Assembly: GCA_012862495.1 (NCBI GenBank)
Contig: BLSG01000354.1
Location: forward strand, 95,521-135,862
Direction of reading: 5' to 3'
DNA from: Thraustochytrium aureum
Taxonomy: Eukaryota
DNA length: 40,342 nt
Shown here: positions 21,207-32,100 of the stretch, one piece after another
Layout: the number at the start of each line of letters is the position of its first letter
Numbering within the stretch: position 1 is the first letter of the stretch
Position numbers and translations under genes: made by a program
The notes under the pieces: generated by a model
What the model was told of the DNA's origin: nothing
The model's database searches: none
Seen by the model: the letters and a program-made list of their open reading frames with translations, nothing else

Positions 21207-21660
21207 CTCCTGTTGGAGCTCTGCCTCGCTGGCACCGAACAAAAGACGTGCACGCATGCGGCAGCGCTTGCACTAATGCGCAGGTCCCGCACCTTGGCTC
21301 TACGGCCAGCAGCGGCTCGAGCGCGCGCGGATTCTGTCTGCCCTCTGCGCCACCTTAGCGCGCGAGACGTGCTCGCGAAGCGGATTCTGGGCAGGTTAAT
21401 CCGCGATTGTCAACGTAGTGAATCGTTTATCGTTGTAAAGGGAGGCACGGTGGGCCCATTGAGGATGGGGAGCTCGTTGGGTGAATTGTGTGCCAAGATG
21501 CAGCCGTGGGAGATTCTCGAGCCGCAGCATCGGAAGGCTCAGATCACCCGCCAGCGCTCCGCTGGAGCTGTCTCATCAATCCTCAGCCGAGCTCGAGTGG
21601 GTAGTACCGGTAGGAACGAACGGCTCTGCGGAGTCCTATCCTCGATCCATCGCCCCATTC

Positions 21661-21700
21661 GCTGGCTGGCTGGCAGGCAGGCTGGCTGGCTGGCTGGCTG
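21661..21700 (+). repeat. (GGCT)n/(GGCA)n microsatellite upstream of FAM192A
   Basis: Read directly. Confidence 0.9.
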
Positions 21701-21764
21701 GGGCTCGACTCGCGTCGAGTTTGCTTGCGACACGAGGTCGCCTCGGTAGTCCAGCGCCCACGCC

Positions 21765-22581
21765 ATGTCGCGTACGTTGTCTTTCGTGCGCACGGCGGTG
21801 CTTGAAGGCAAGGAGGACGGCGTGGGAGCCGCGGAGAATGATGTCGAAAAGGTTGACGCGACGCCTGGTGGGCCTGAAACGCAACCCTTGTCCACGCTCG
21901 AGCGCGATAGAATGATACTGGCAGAGCGCGAAGCAAGGACCGGCACGGCCGACCTGTTTGAGCAGCTGTCGAGCAGCAGGGCAAAGGAGGACCGCGAGCG
22001 GCTCGCGCACGAGCAGGACTTGCCGCGGTCACTGGACGAAGAAGACGTCGACTACCTTGAACAACAGCGGGACATGCAGCGCGCCCGCGAGCTCCTCNNN
22101 NNNNNNNNNNNNNNNNNNNNNNNNNNNNNNNNNNNNNNNNNNNNNNNNNNNNNNNNNNNNNNNNNNNNNNNNNNNNNNNNNNNNNNNNNNNNNNNNNNNN
22201 NNNNNNNNNNNNNNNNNNNNNNNNNNNNNNNNNNNNNNNNNNNNNNNNNNNNNNNNNNNNNNNNNNNNNNNNNNNNNNNNNNNNNNNNNNNNNNNNNNNN
22301 NNNNNNNNNNNNNNCCAAGCCCGGCCGGGCCACTGTCTTCGGACGAGGGTGGGCCGAGCTCTGGCATGCTGATATTGCGGCGCCGCAAGAGGAGGCGCGA
22401 AATGGCTCACGCGGCGTCGAAACCCGCCGACCGCGCCAGCAGCAGCAGCAGCAGCAAGAGTAGCAGCAGCAGCAAGAGTAGCAGCAGCAGCAGCGGCGGC
22501 GACAGCGACGGCGGGGCGCCGGGCGCGCGGCGGGCCGCAGCAAAGCGCAAGCGGCGAAAGGGAGGACTCGTAAACTATTGA
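21765..22581 (+). CDS. PSME3IP1: FAM192A/PSME3IP1 (NIP30/Fyv6-like) nuclear protein; middle in gap
   Basis: N-terminal LSFV, DLFEQL and PRSLDEEDVDYL match the NIP30 N-domain. After the gap, a Ser-rich, basic tail ends KRKRRKGGLVNY*. Confidence 0.7.
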
Positions 22582-23464
22582 CCATTGCCGCTTGATGTTT
22601 TTTAGAATTGGCCTACGTTTCGAGTGACGCCAGCGCCTGTCGAACTGCGAGCGAGCCCAGCCGCGGCTTCGCAGCGCGCAGGGCGCGATGAAAATCGCCC
22701 ACCTCTAGCTTGGGCGCGAGCAAATCCCCGCCCCCTGTGTCAAGGGCGCTAGCCAGACACTCGACTTGCGCGACAGGCGCATGGGCGACAAACCACACAT
22801 CGGAGCTCCTGCGCCGCCGTCAGCGGAGTGTCCCTAGCGGCCTGCCCACCGCCTTCAACGCATCGCTCGCCTCAACTCACCACCTCGCCATCGACGCGCG
22901 CCCTGCAATCTCGTTCGTCGACACCCACCGCGCCGCTCGGCCGCCGGCCTTCTCCGCCGCTCCAGTCACCAAGTGTCGTTCACCGAATTGCTCCATCAGC
23001 GGCGACCAATACCGCAGCCTCACGCGAAAAGCGAACTCCTGCGCGCCGTTTCAGGCCTCGAGGCCGCAGCCCGCATCTGCCCGCTCATCGTCAACCAGAA
23101 CGAGCAGACCGCCCCGAGTCGTTCGCGCAGCACCGAGGAAAAGGGCCGTTGAACCGACCGCAGCCCTGTCCGATGATCGATCGTTTGGGCGCGCCCAGCG
23201 GGCCCCGAATGCGCTGCAGACCTCGCAAGTGCTGCAGGCAGACGAGGAACTTTCGGCAGACCACGCACGCCGCGCAGGCCACGAACGTGCAGCAGGACAG
23301 CGAAGCGCTGTGGATTGTCGTCGACCTCAAACCGCTGCAGAAAAACGCCGCAGAACGCCAAAGCGCTGCATTCCTCGAACGCCAGCCGTTGGAGGCGATG
23401 GCGTGTCCTTGTCGACGTGGAGCAGGGCATGCTGCTACAGAACCGCTGGGCCAATGCGGCGCAG

Positions 23465-23537
23465 GACGAGAGCACAGTCGACGCGGCCCCGTTCTGAGCA
23501 AGACGAGAGCACAGTCGACGCGGCCCCGTTCTGAGCA
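23465..23537. repeat. Tandem duplication, 2 x 36 bp identical (period 37)
   Basis: gacgagagcacagtcgacgcggccccgttctgagca occurs at 23465 and 23502. Confidence 0.92.
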
Positions 23538-23856
23538 CCTGCGCAGCAGCCGACGATCGCGTGCACCAACTCGAGCACAACGTGGGCGCTCTACATTGGA
23601 GGCGTATGAGCTAAGTGCGACTGCACGAGTACTCGAACAGCTGTGCTCTGCCCAGTTCTGACGGTGTCCCGGAAGGGCAGCAATTCATGAGCGTCCACAT
23701 TGGCTCGACAACGGCAATGGAATGATCCCATTGATTTCAAGAATGCTCGCTCTGTTCTTTCTTCAGAACAGGGAATTGAACTCTCAAATGACTGGTCCCT
23801 CCGTCGTGACAGCTTGAGTTTGCAGCAGAGCTCACCGCAGACGCGAACGCGACGTG

Positions 23857-23879
23857 GCAGCAGCAGCAGCAGCAGCAGC
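23857..23879 (+). repeat. (CAG)n microsatellite at the gap edge before WDR43
   Basis: Read directly. Confidence 0.9.
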
Positions 23880-24191
23880 GGCACAGCNNNNNNNNNNNNN
23901 NNNNNNNNNNNNNNNNNNNNNNNNNNNNNNNNNNNNNNNNNNNNNNNNNNNNNNNNNNNNNNNNNNNNNNNNNNNNNNNNNNNNNNNNNNNNNNNNNNNN
24001 NNNNNNNNNNNNNNNNNNNNNNNNNNNNNNNNNNNNNNNNNNNNNNNNNNNNNNNNNNNNNNNNNNNNNNNNNNNNNNNNNNNNNNNNNNNNNNNNNNNN
24101 NNNNNNNNNNNNNNNNNNNNNNNNNNNNNNNNNNNNNNNNNNNNNNNNNNNNNNNNNNNNNNNNNNNNNNNNNNNNNNNNNNNNNNNNNNN

Positions 24192-26500
24192 CGGGGCTGA
24201 ATGCGTCCGATGGGTTTGTCCTCGTGAGCGTGGATAACCGCGTGACTGTGTGGGACACGGCGACGGGGCAGCTGGAGACGGCGCTGCAGGAGAAGGACCA
24301 CTTGCTTGCGAGCTACACCTGCGTCGCGCTTGGCGTTGCCAAGGCGGGCGCTGCCAAGAGCAAGAAGGCCAAAAGGCAAGGGGAAAGAGGCGCCCCGCGC
24401 GCGCTTCGTTGCTGTTGGCGATATTAAGGGCCGCTTGTACATCTGGGACGTGACAAAGGGCGACCTTGTCCACTCGGGCCTGACCGTGCCCGGGGCCACC
24501 ACCGCAGACGCCGTGAGCGACGTGGTGTTCAGCCCCGACTGCTCGTCCGTGTTTTGCTGCAGCGAAAACAGCAAATATGTGGTGGAGGTCAGCATGGAGA
24601 GCGGCGCGCAGTTGCGGAAACTCAAGGTCGGCAAGAATGGCGCCACCAAGCTGTGCATCAGCGCGGACGGCACGCGCCTGCTCGCGGCAGGGTCCACCAT
24701 GTCGCTCTGGAACCTCGAGACGGGTCAGCAGGTCATGCAGTTCGCAGGCCACTCCACCCCAACAAGGGGGGTAGCGTTCCTCGGCGAAACGAACGCGCAC
24801 TTTGTGAGCTGCTGCGAAGACCGCTTCGTCAGTCTCTGGTCGTGCAACCCAGACTCGGCCAGCGAGACCGCGCCCCTGAAGAAAAAGCGCCGAAAGTCGT
24901 CGCCCGCCGCAGACGACAAGGCAGGCGGCGTGCCGTTTCAGCGCGCCCCGGCGCAGGTGCTCGCGGCACCGAGCCCCCCGGTGTGGATTAGCGCGTCGAC
25001 CGAGGGAGACAGCGACAGCCGCGGCCTCGTTACGGTCTGCTGCCAGGACGAGTCGGCCTCGCTTTGGTCCGTGGATCTCGCAGGATCCAGCGGTTCCGAG
25101 GGCCGCGCTGATGTGCGGCCCGACACGGTGCTCCAAAACAAGGTGACATTGGAGGCGCCCTCGCCGCGTACACCTCTTCAGGTGCCGTAGGCTCCCCAGA
25201 AGAGGTTGTTCTGGTGCGCAACGCCGTGATGCGTCCCGTGTTTCAGGCCGTGCGCATTCGCCAAGATGGCTTGATGCGACCCAAAGTGGCGCTCGGCGAC
25301 CTCTCCGCCGAGGGCCGTTTGCTCAAGGCCGGCGCGGGCGGCCAAGTGGTGCAAGACGGCGACAACGAGGAGACCTCTGCAAAAGCGAACGACAAGAACA
25401 AGAAGAAGGAAAAGGTGCACATTGTGCCTGCCGAATCCGCCGGGGCCGCAGGCAAGCCGTCCACGGCTGCGGCTGACGACCAAGGCGAGGAGTCGATGAC
25501 GATGGGGGAGCGCGTAAAGGCGCTCAGCGCCAAGTTGCAGGAGAACATCAAGGAGCACTTTGTTGCTGCTGACAACACGCCCATCTGGAGCAAGAAGCGG
25601 TCTCGCGAAGAGCAGGCGGCCAGCGCGGTCTCCCTGAGCACCGTCCTGGAGCAGGCGCTGCAGAGCAACGACAACCAGCTCCTCGAAGTCGTTTTGCGCA
25701 ACACGGAGCAAGCGATAGTCTCGGCCACCGTGGCTCGCCTTCCTCCAATGCGTGTCCTCAACTTTCTGAACGTCGTTGTGCAAAAGTTCGAGTCGCGCCC
25801 GGCCCGTGGCATCTCGCTCCTGGTCTGGATCCGAGCCATTTTGGACCAGCACGCCGCTTACTTGGTCAAGGTTCCGGACCTTGCCGAGTCGCTCAGCGGC
25901 CTGTACCAAATCGTCGAGGCCCGGCTTGCGGTGTTCAGCAAGTTTGTCAAGCTGCAAGGCCGGCTGGAGTTTGTCGTCTCTCAGGTCGCTTTGCGCGCTT
26001 CGCAGCGCGCTGCCACCGAGGAGAAAAAGTCTGGCCCAGCTGTGATTTTCGACGAGCAGGCGCCGCAAGATGAGGCCAGCAGCGACGAGGAGGAGGAGGA
26101 CGACGAGGAGGACAAGGAGGAGGAGCAAGACGGCGATGAAGAGGGGGACCAAGACATGGCGCACACTTCGGACGTCGAGAGCGCCGACGAGCAGGAGAAG
26201 TCGGTCCCGAACGGCGTCGGGACGGGCGGCGCTGAGAGTGATAGCGGCGAGAGCAGCGACGAAGCCAAGGAGGACCTCTCGAAGGCGGTTGAGGACGGCC
26301 AAGCCAAAGGGAAAGAGTCTGATGACGCTCAGGAGGCCGAGGAAAAGGAGGCCACCTCGGCTGTGCAAACCCCAAAGCGCAGCACGCGCGGGCGTCGCGC
26401 TGCCACCGAAAGCAAGCCACCGAAGAGCAGTAGCAAAAAGTCCAAGCCGGCCAACGGCTCTGCAAGGCAAACGCGTAGCAGGCGCAACAAGCCCGAGTGA
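24192..26500 (+). CDS. WDR43: WDR43/UTP5 small-subunit processome protein; frameshifts near 24375 and 25137; start in gap
   Basis: WD40 N-terminus (DNRVTVWDT.TG.L, YTC, LWNLETGQQVMQFAGHSTP, DRFVSLW). Utp12 domain SLSTVLEQALQSNDNQLLEVVL...TVARLP...WIRAIL..HAAYL...KLQGRL. Acidic and basic tail. Confidence 0.9.
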
Positions 26501-26704
26501 GGCGCTCGCGCCTAGTTCGGGTGGCAAAACATTTGGGTTTTCTGTTTGATTATTCCATGAAGTACCTATTGCCAGCATCCGGGTACACTGTTGCCACTCG
26601 AGCAGGCTCGGCGGCAAGAATCCCCAGTTGCTCGCATTCGCCGCTTGCCAGCTTGAGGAAAGTACAAGGAGGCGCGGGCGCCTCCGCGACCTAACACAGA
26701 CGAA

Positions 26705-26810
26705 CAGAGCGGAGCTAACTCTGCAGGAAAGAGATCGATCAGAGCGGAGCTAACTCTGAAAAGAGATCGATCAGAGCGGAGCTAACTCTGAAAAGAGATC
26801 GATCAGAGCG
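26705..26810. repeat. Minisatellite of about 3.2 x 32 bp overlapping the carrier stop codon
   Basis: cagagcggagctaactctgaaaagagatcgat at 26740 and 26772, a 35-bp variant at 26705 and a partial copy at 26804. Confidence 0.92.
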
Positions 26811-27978
26811 TCGACATCCACGCCGAGCTAAGCTCGTAAAAGTAAAAGATGAGCGCGTGCGAGGGGGCCGCGCGAAAGCAGGTCACTCCAAGGCCCTTGT
26901 AAAGCCCCCCGAATCCGTGCTCGGCCACAACCTTGCGGCCGGCTTGGAGAAAACCGAGCCCGTTGTACGCCGGGTCGGTCTGGATCCGGCTCTTGATCGT
27001 GTCGGCCGGAAAGGGAACGGCCCAGTACATGACGCCGGCGCACGACCCCGAGAGCGCGGTCCACGCCAGCGGAATGTCGGTCATCTTTTCATAGTTGAAC
27101 GAGCGCTGTACCTGCCGCCGCGCTATCTCGTAAGCGCCAAACCAAGCCAAGTTGCCCGGGATCTCGCGCGCCAGGCAGCTCAAGTTGCCCCGCCAGAGCC
27201 CCTGCACGCCGTGCTGCCGCACAGTCTTGACCACGACATCGACCGGGCCAGAGTATTCGCGCGGATCTGGAGCCGGCACTTGACGAGCTCCACGGGGGTC
27301 AGCACGAACGCGCTGAAACAGCCGCTTCCGGCACCAGCGGCCAGGTACTTCCAGAGCGGCTCTGGGCTGGAAAGGGTGGGGTTCGGGTTGACGTTGAGCG
27401 CGTTCTTCATCGCGCCGTACGCCACGAAAAGCGTCGAGGTTTCTGCGTCCGAGGGCTGTCAGCTGGGGCGGCGCGGCCGGCGGCCGGGGCGCCACTTACC
27501 TGCCATCGAACCAATTAGCGGGCTCGTAACGCCCTGGTAGAGGGCGCGAACGCCGCCCTCGTTGTGGATCGATTTAAACGTGTCCAGCGCCGACCCGTAC
27601 TTGGGGTTGGTTTGCTGCAAAACCTTCAGCGTGTCCAGCGGGTACTCTATCGCGCGTTGGCCGGTCAGCGTCCTGGCCAGCGTGCGCCGCTCTGGGGTGG
27701 CGGGTCTCGCGCATGTTTCGCAACTTACCGACGATTTTACAGATGAATCTGATTCCGCACACAAAAAGCAGCGGCCAGTCAGCAAAGCGCACGCACAACA
27801 GGGCACGGTATCTGCTGGCCCGCAGCCCCAGAGCGAGCGGGCGGTCGGGCGGGCGAGCAGGCGCGCTCGAAACTTACCCCGAAAGCATCCCCGAAAGCAG
27901 ATCTCGCGTGCGGTCTTTGCTGGGCGTCCCCGAGAGCAACCTCTCGCCCCGCGGCACGTTCACTTGCTCGCCTTCCAT
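26803..27978 (-). CDS. Mitochondrial carrier, ornithine/carnitine-acylcarnitine (SLC25A15/A20/A29-like) type; exons 27878-27978, 27729-27748, 27500-27646, 26803-27442; frameshift near 27262
   Basis: Three carrier signatures: EYPLDTLKV, TPVELVKCRLQ, FPADTIKSRIQT. Also REIPGN..WFGAYE and RAAP..A..F.FYE. Three phase-compatible GTAAGT...CTGAC...AG introns (27749-27877, 27647-27728, 27443-27499) give DLLSGMLSGFICKIVEYPLD. Confidence 0.9.
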
Positions 27979-29146
27979 GTTCTCCCACCCTCCTTCAGAG
28001 CTCTCCGACCCCACCGCGCCAGGGGAGGGGCCGTGGCCCCAGCCGCCTCGTCCACCGACCTCAGCGCAAGCCGCGGCCAGCCCCAAAGCGACGCAGGAGC
28101 CNNNNNNNNNNNNNNNNNNNNNNNNNNNNNNNNNNNNNNNNNNNNNNNNNNNNNNNNNNNNNNNNNNNNNNNNNNNNNNNNNNNNNNNNNNNNNNNNNNN
28201 NNNNNNNNNNNNNNNNNNNNNNNNNNNNNNNNNNNNNNNNNNNNNNNNNNNNNNNNNNNNNNNNNNNNNNNNNNNNNNNNNNNNNNNNNNNNNNNNNNNN
28301 NNNNNNNNNNNNNNNNNNNNNNNNNNNNNNNNNNNNNNNNNNNNNNNNNNNNNNNNNNNNNNNNNNNNNNNNNNNNNNNNNNNNNNNNNNNNNNNNNNNN
28401 NNNNNNNNNNNNNNNNNNNNNNNNNNNNNNNNNNNNNNNNNNNNNNNNNNNNNNNNNNNNNNNNNNNNNNNNNNNNNNNNNNNNNNNNNNNNNNNNNNNN
28501 NNNNNNNNNNNNNNNNNNNNNNNNNNNNNNNNNNNNNNNNNNNNNNNNNNNNNNNNNNNNNNNNNNNNNNNNNNNNNNNNNNNNNNNNNNNNNNNNNNNN
28601 NNNNNNNNNNNNNNNNNNNNNNNNNNNNNNNNNNNNNNNNNNNNNNNNNNNNNNNNNNNNNNNNNNNNNNNNNNNNNNNNNNNNNNNNNNNNNNNNNNNN
28701 NNNNNNNNNNNNNNNNNNNNNNNNNNNNNNNNNNNNNNNNNNNNNNNNNNNNNNNNNNNNNNNNNNNNNNNNNNNNNNNNNNNNNNNNNNNNNNNNNNNN
28801 NNNNNNNNNNNNNNNNNNNNNNNNNNNNNNNNNNNNNNNNNNNNNNNNNNNNNNNNNNNNNNNNNNNNNNNNNNNNNNNNNNNNNNNNNNNNNNNNNNNN
28901 NNNNNNNNNNNNNNNNNNNNNNNNNNNNNNNNNNNNNNNNNNNNNNNNNNNNNNNNNNNNNNNNNNNNNNNNNNNNNNNNNNNNNNNNNNNNNNNNNNNN
29001 NNNNNNNCAATCACTCTCGCAGCAGCGACCCGCAGGCCAACGCAGCCGTGCAGAGGCCGAAACAGGCCTCTTGGGCAGCCGGCGGGCAACGGGCGGGCGG
29101 CGGCCAGGCAGTGTGGCGCGTGGGGGGAGGAAGGCCCGGACGCAGG

Positions 29147-32100
29147 ATGGGCGAGCCAAACGCGAAGCAGGTCAAAGAATGCGTCAAACTGCTCAAGCAG
29201 ACCAAGAAGGAGGAGAAGCTGCTGGAGGGATGCGCGCTGGTGGACTCGCACGCGTTCGTAGCCGCTGGGCAGGTGCTCGTGTCGCTAGTGGCGCTGCTGG
29301 ACCCGCGCCAGAGCGACGCCGTGCTGCAAGCGGCCGGCGGCCTCGTGGCTGACTACCTGACTCACGCCGCGGAAGGACCGGCGCAGTTCGTGGCGGAAGG
29401 CAAAGCGAAGAAGAGCTCGCCGTGCGCCGACTTGCACCGCTTTGTTGCCCTGGCCACGGCAGTCAACAAGACCGTCGCGCGAACTGCGGTTCAGAGCATG
29501 CGCGCCCTGCGGAACGCCCTGCTGCAGGAGGAGGAAGCTAGCAATCTGGCGCAGATCACCTGCATAGCGGTGGAAACGGCGTGCTCGGCCGAAGACTCGG
29601 CGGAGATCAGAGTGGAATGCCTCGACTTTCTCCTCGATTTGGTCTCCGAGTCCAGTACAGGCTTTGACGCATTTGTGAGCACTGCCTCTGGCAAATACGA
29701 CGGACTGTCCGCCGTCGAGTGCCTCGCCTACCACGCTTTCGAGCAAAGCACGCCCTTTGAGGTCCAAGACGCAGCTGCCAAGCTCTTGAACAGAGCTAGT
29801 GCCGATGCCCGCGTTGTGGCCTCTTTCGCAACGGACGCGCGAATGCTTCGGGCGGTCGACACAGTGTTCAGCCGCGGGTTGGAGCGGTTTCAGAATCCAG
29901 CTGAGCCGTCAAAGAAGGGTGAGGACGTGGACGCCGTACAGGCCGCCAACTTGCGCGCTGTCGACAACGCGCGCGAGGTGCACCTTTTGTGGCTTTGGTG
30001 GACCAATTGCAACGATCGCGCATGCTTGGAGGCCGCCGCCCTAGGACAAGAACCAACGGATGCCGCGAGCCCAGTTCAAAGCCCGGCAAGCGCCGGCCCG
30101 GAGAAGGGCGAGGCTGAGACTGAGACCAAGGGCGAGGAAGAAAGCCAGGCGCTTGCGTTCGAAGCAACGAAGCCTGCGGCAGAGTACGAGCCGAGCGACC
30201 AGCTCTACGCCGGTGTCGTTGCCTTGCTGGGCCAAGAGCGCGACAAGACGCTGCAGTATAATGCGCTTGTGACGTTTGCGCAGCTGGCTGTGCGACACAT
30301 ACAAGCGTTCGTTCGGCATGGCGCGATCCCAGCCCTCGTGCGGCTTCTCTCCTCCGGGCCGCCAAAATCGCACGACCAGGCCGCCCAGCACGCGCTGCAC
30401 CTCTCTCTGCTTGCAGTGCCCTCTAATGCAAGCGAGGCTGTTCAGGCCGGCGAGGTCATGACCCTAGTGCAAGCGAACGCCGTGGCTGGGCTTCGACTGG
30501 CCAAGCAGCTTGTCGCGCTCGACGCGCTTTGGGCCGGAAAGCTCTGCCTCGCAGGAGCGATTGGGGCACTCGCAAACGTTCTGGATCCTGGATCTGGATC
30601 GGAGGCCTCTGGTCTTGCACTTCGACTCGGCCGCGATATTTTGCCCTGGCTGCGCGAGGAGTCCAACAAAGCAAGCATGCCGGCAGACACGGATTGGGGC
30701 CAGCTCGTCAAACGTGCTACAGCGCTCGTGGATAGCCAAGACGAAATCGACAACTTTGTCGTAGACTTTGTGCAGCCCGCGCTACGTCCGCGCTGGATCC
30801 CAATCGAGGCAGAGACCTGCTTGGCCGACGGAGAGGCTCTTGCCAAAGATCAAGCTGAGGAAGAGCCGGCCATTGGCTCGGGCTCCCCGCGCGCAGCTGC
30901 GCCCTCTGAAGAGGATACGGGGACAGAAACAGAGCGCAAGGACGAAGATGCCCCGGCAGCTGCGCCTCTGCAAGCGCCGGCAGGGCGGAGGGTTTCTGAC
31001 CCCGAGACCATCCCCGAGCTCCGCCACCAGGACGAAGAGGGCCACGTGCGCTGCGGGCGTTGGCGGTGGTGTCCAAAGGACTTGTCAGGCGAGCAAGCCG
31101 CCTTCAAGGAGTGGCAGAGCCCCTCTGCGCCGCAGTTTGAAAACCTACTCGTCATCAGCGCGGTACCGTCTATCTCGAACCTGGCCGTTTTCGATCCAGC
31201 GGACGACCCCGACAACGCTCCTGGCAGCGATCGCGACAGCTCCACAGGGATCGCAATCGAGACGTATCCCTCGGTGCCCTGGGCCGACGCATGCGAGGAG
31301 CAGGTTGACATGCGCACCTTGGCATTTGAGCTGCTCCAAGTGATGTGCGCGATTGACCTCGACAGCCTCGCCAAGGCGCGACAAGCAGCGAAGACCGCGG
31401 ACGCAGCCGCAGTCCAGGCAGCAGCTACGCCAGCAAAAGGAAAGCAGGGGCAGCCAAGCCCGCAGCGGGGGCGAGCGACGCTGCAGCTCCAATCTTCATA
31501 AGGTGGCTCTTGGACGACGGCGTCGGGTTGGGGGGTCTGCTGCTCCGTGTCCTCGAAGAGGCTGTCGAGCTCAGTTGCGTTGACGTAGAAGACGCTTCGC
31601 TCAAGCTTCTAGTTGGCCTCGCAAAATGCCCCGGCGGCCTCAGCGCGCTGGTTGGCCACATTGCGTCCGCCGCGCTGGGCGACGACCAGGACGCCCAAGC
31701 GAGCAACCAGGGCGACCCGCACGCTAGGCTTGCCAACGAGGACGAAGCGGCCGCCGAGCATGCGCCCCAAGAAGCTGGCTTAACGATCGCTGACCAACCA
31801 AATGGGGCAACCCCCGTCGCGGCAGAGGGATCCGTCCCTTGCCAAACCAAGCAAGCGCAGACTTTCGTCGCCTCGCTCGCGACTGGAGAAACCCGGCACA
31901 AGTATGCTGCGCTGCGGAGGCTGTCGCGCGCCCTGCACATGGTCCTGCACAGCCCCGACACCGCAGTGGAGACGATATTGCTCGCTCTCGCGGCCCTGGC
32001 CGCGATCTGCCGCGACGAGCTGGTCCCGGACTGGGACCAGGGCCTCCTCTTTGATGTTGCCTGCGCTGCGGTCCTCACCGAGGCTCTGTTGCCAGCAATC

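Noticed and set aside
5393..27978. Mitochondrial gene cluster (two carriers plus OGDH)
   Set aside because: Interspersed with unrelated genes; carriers are a large family, so chance is sufficient.
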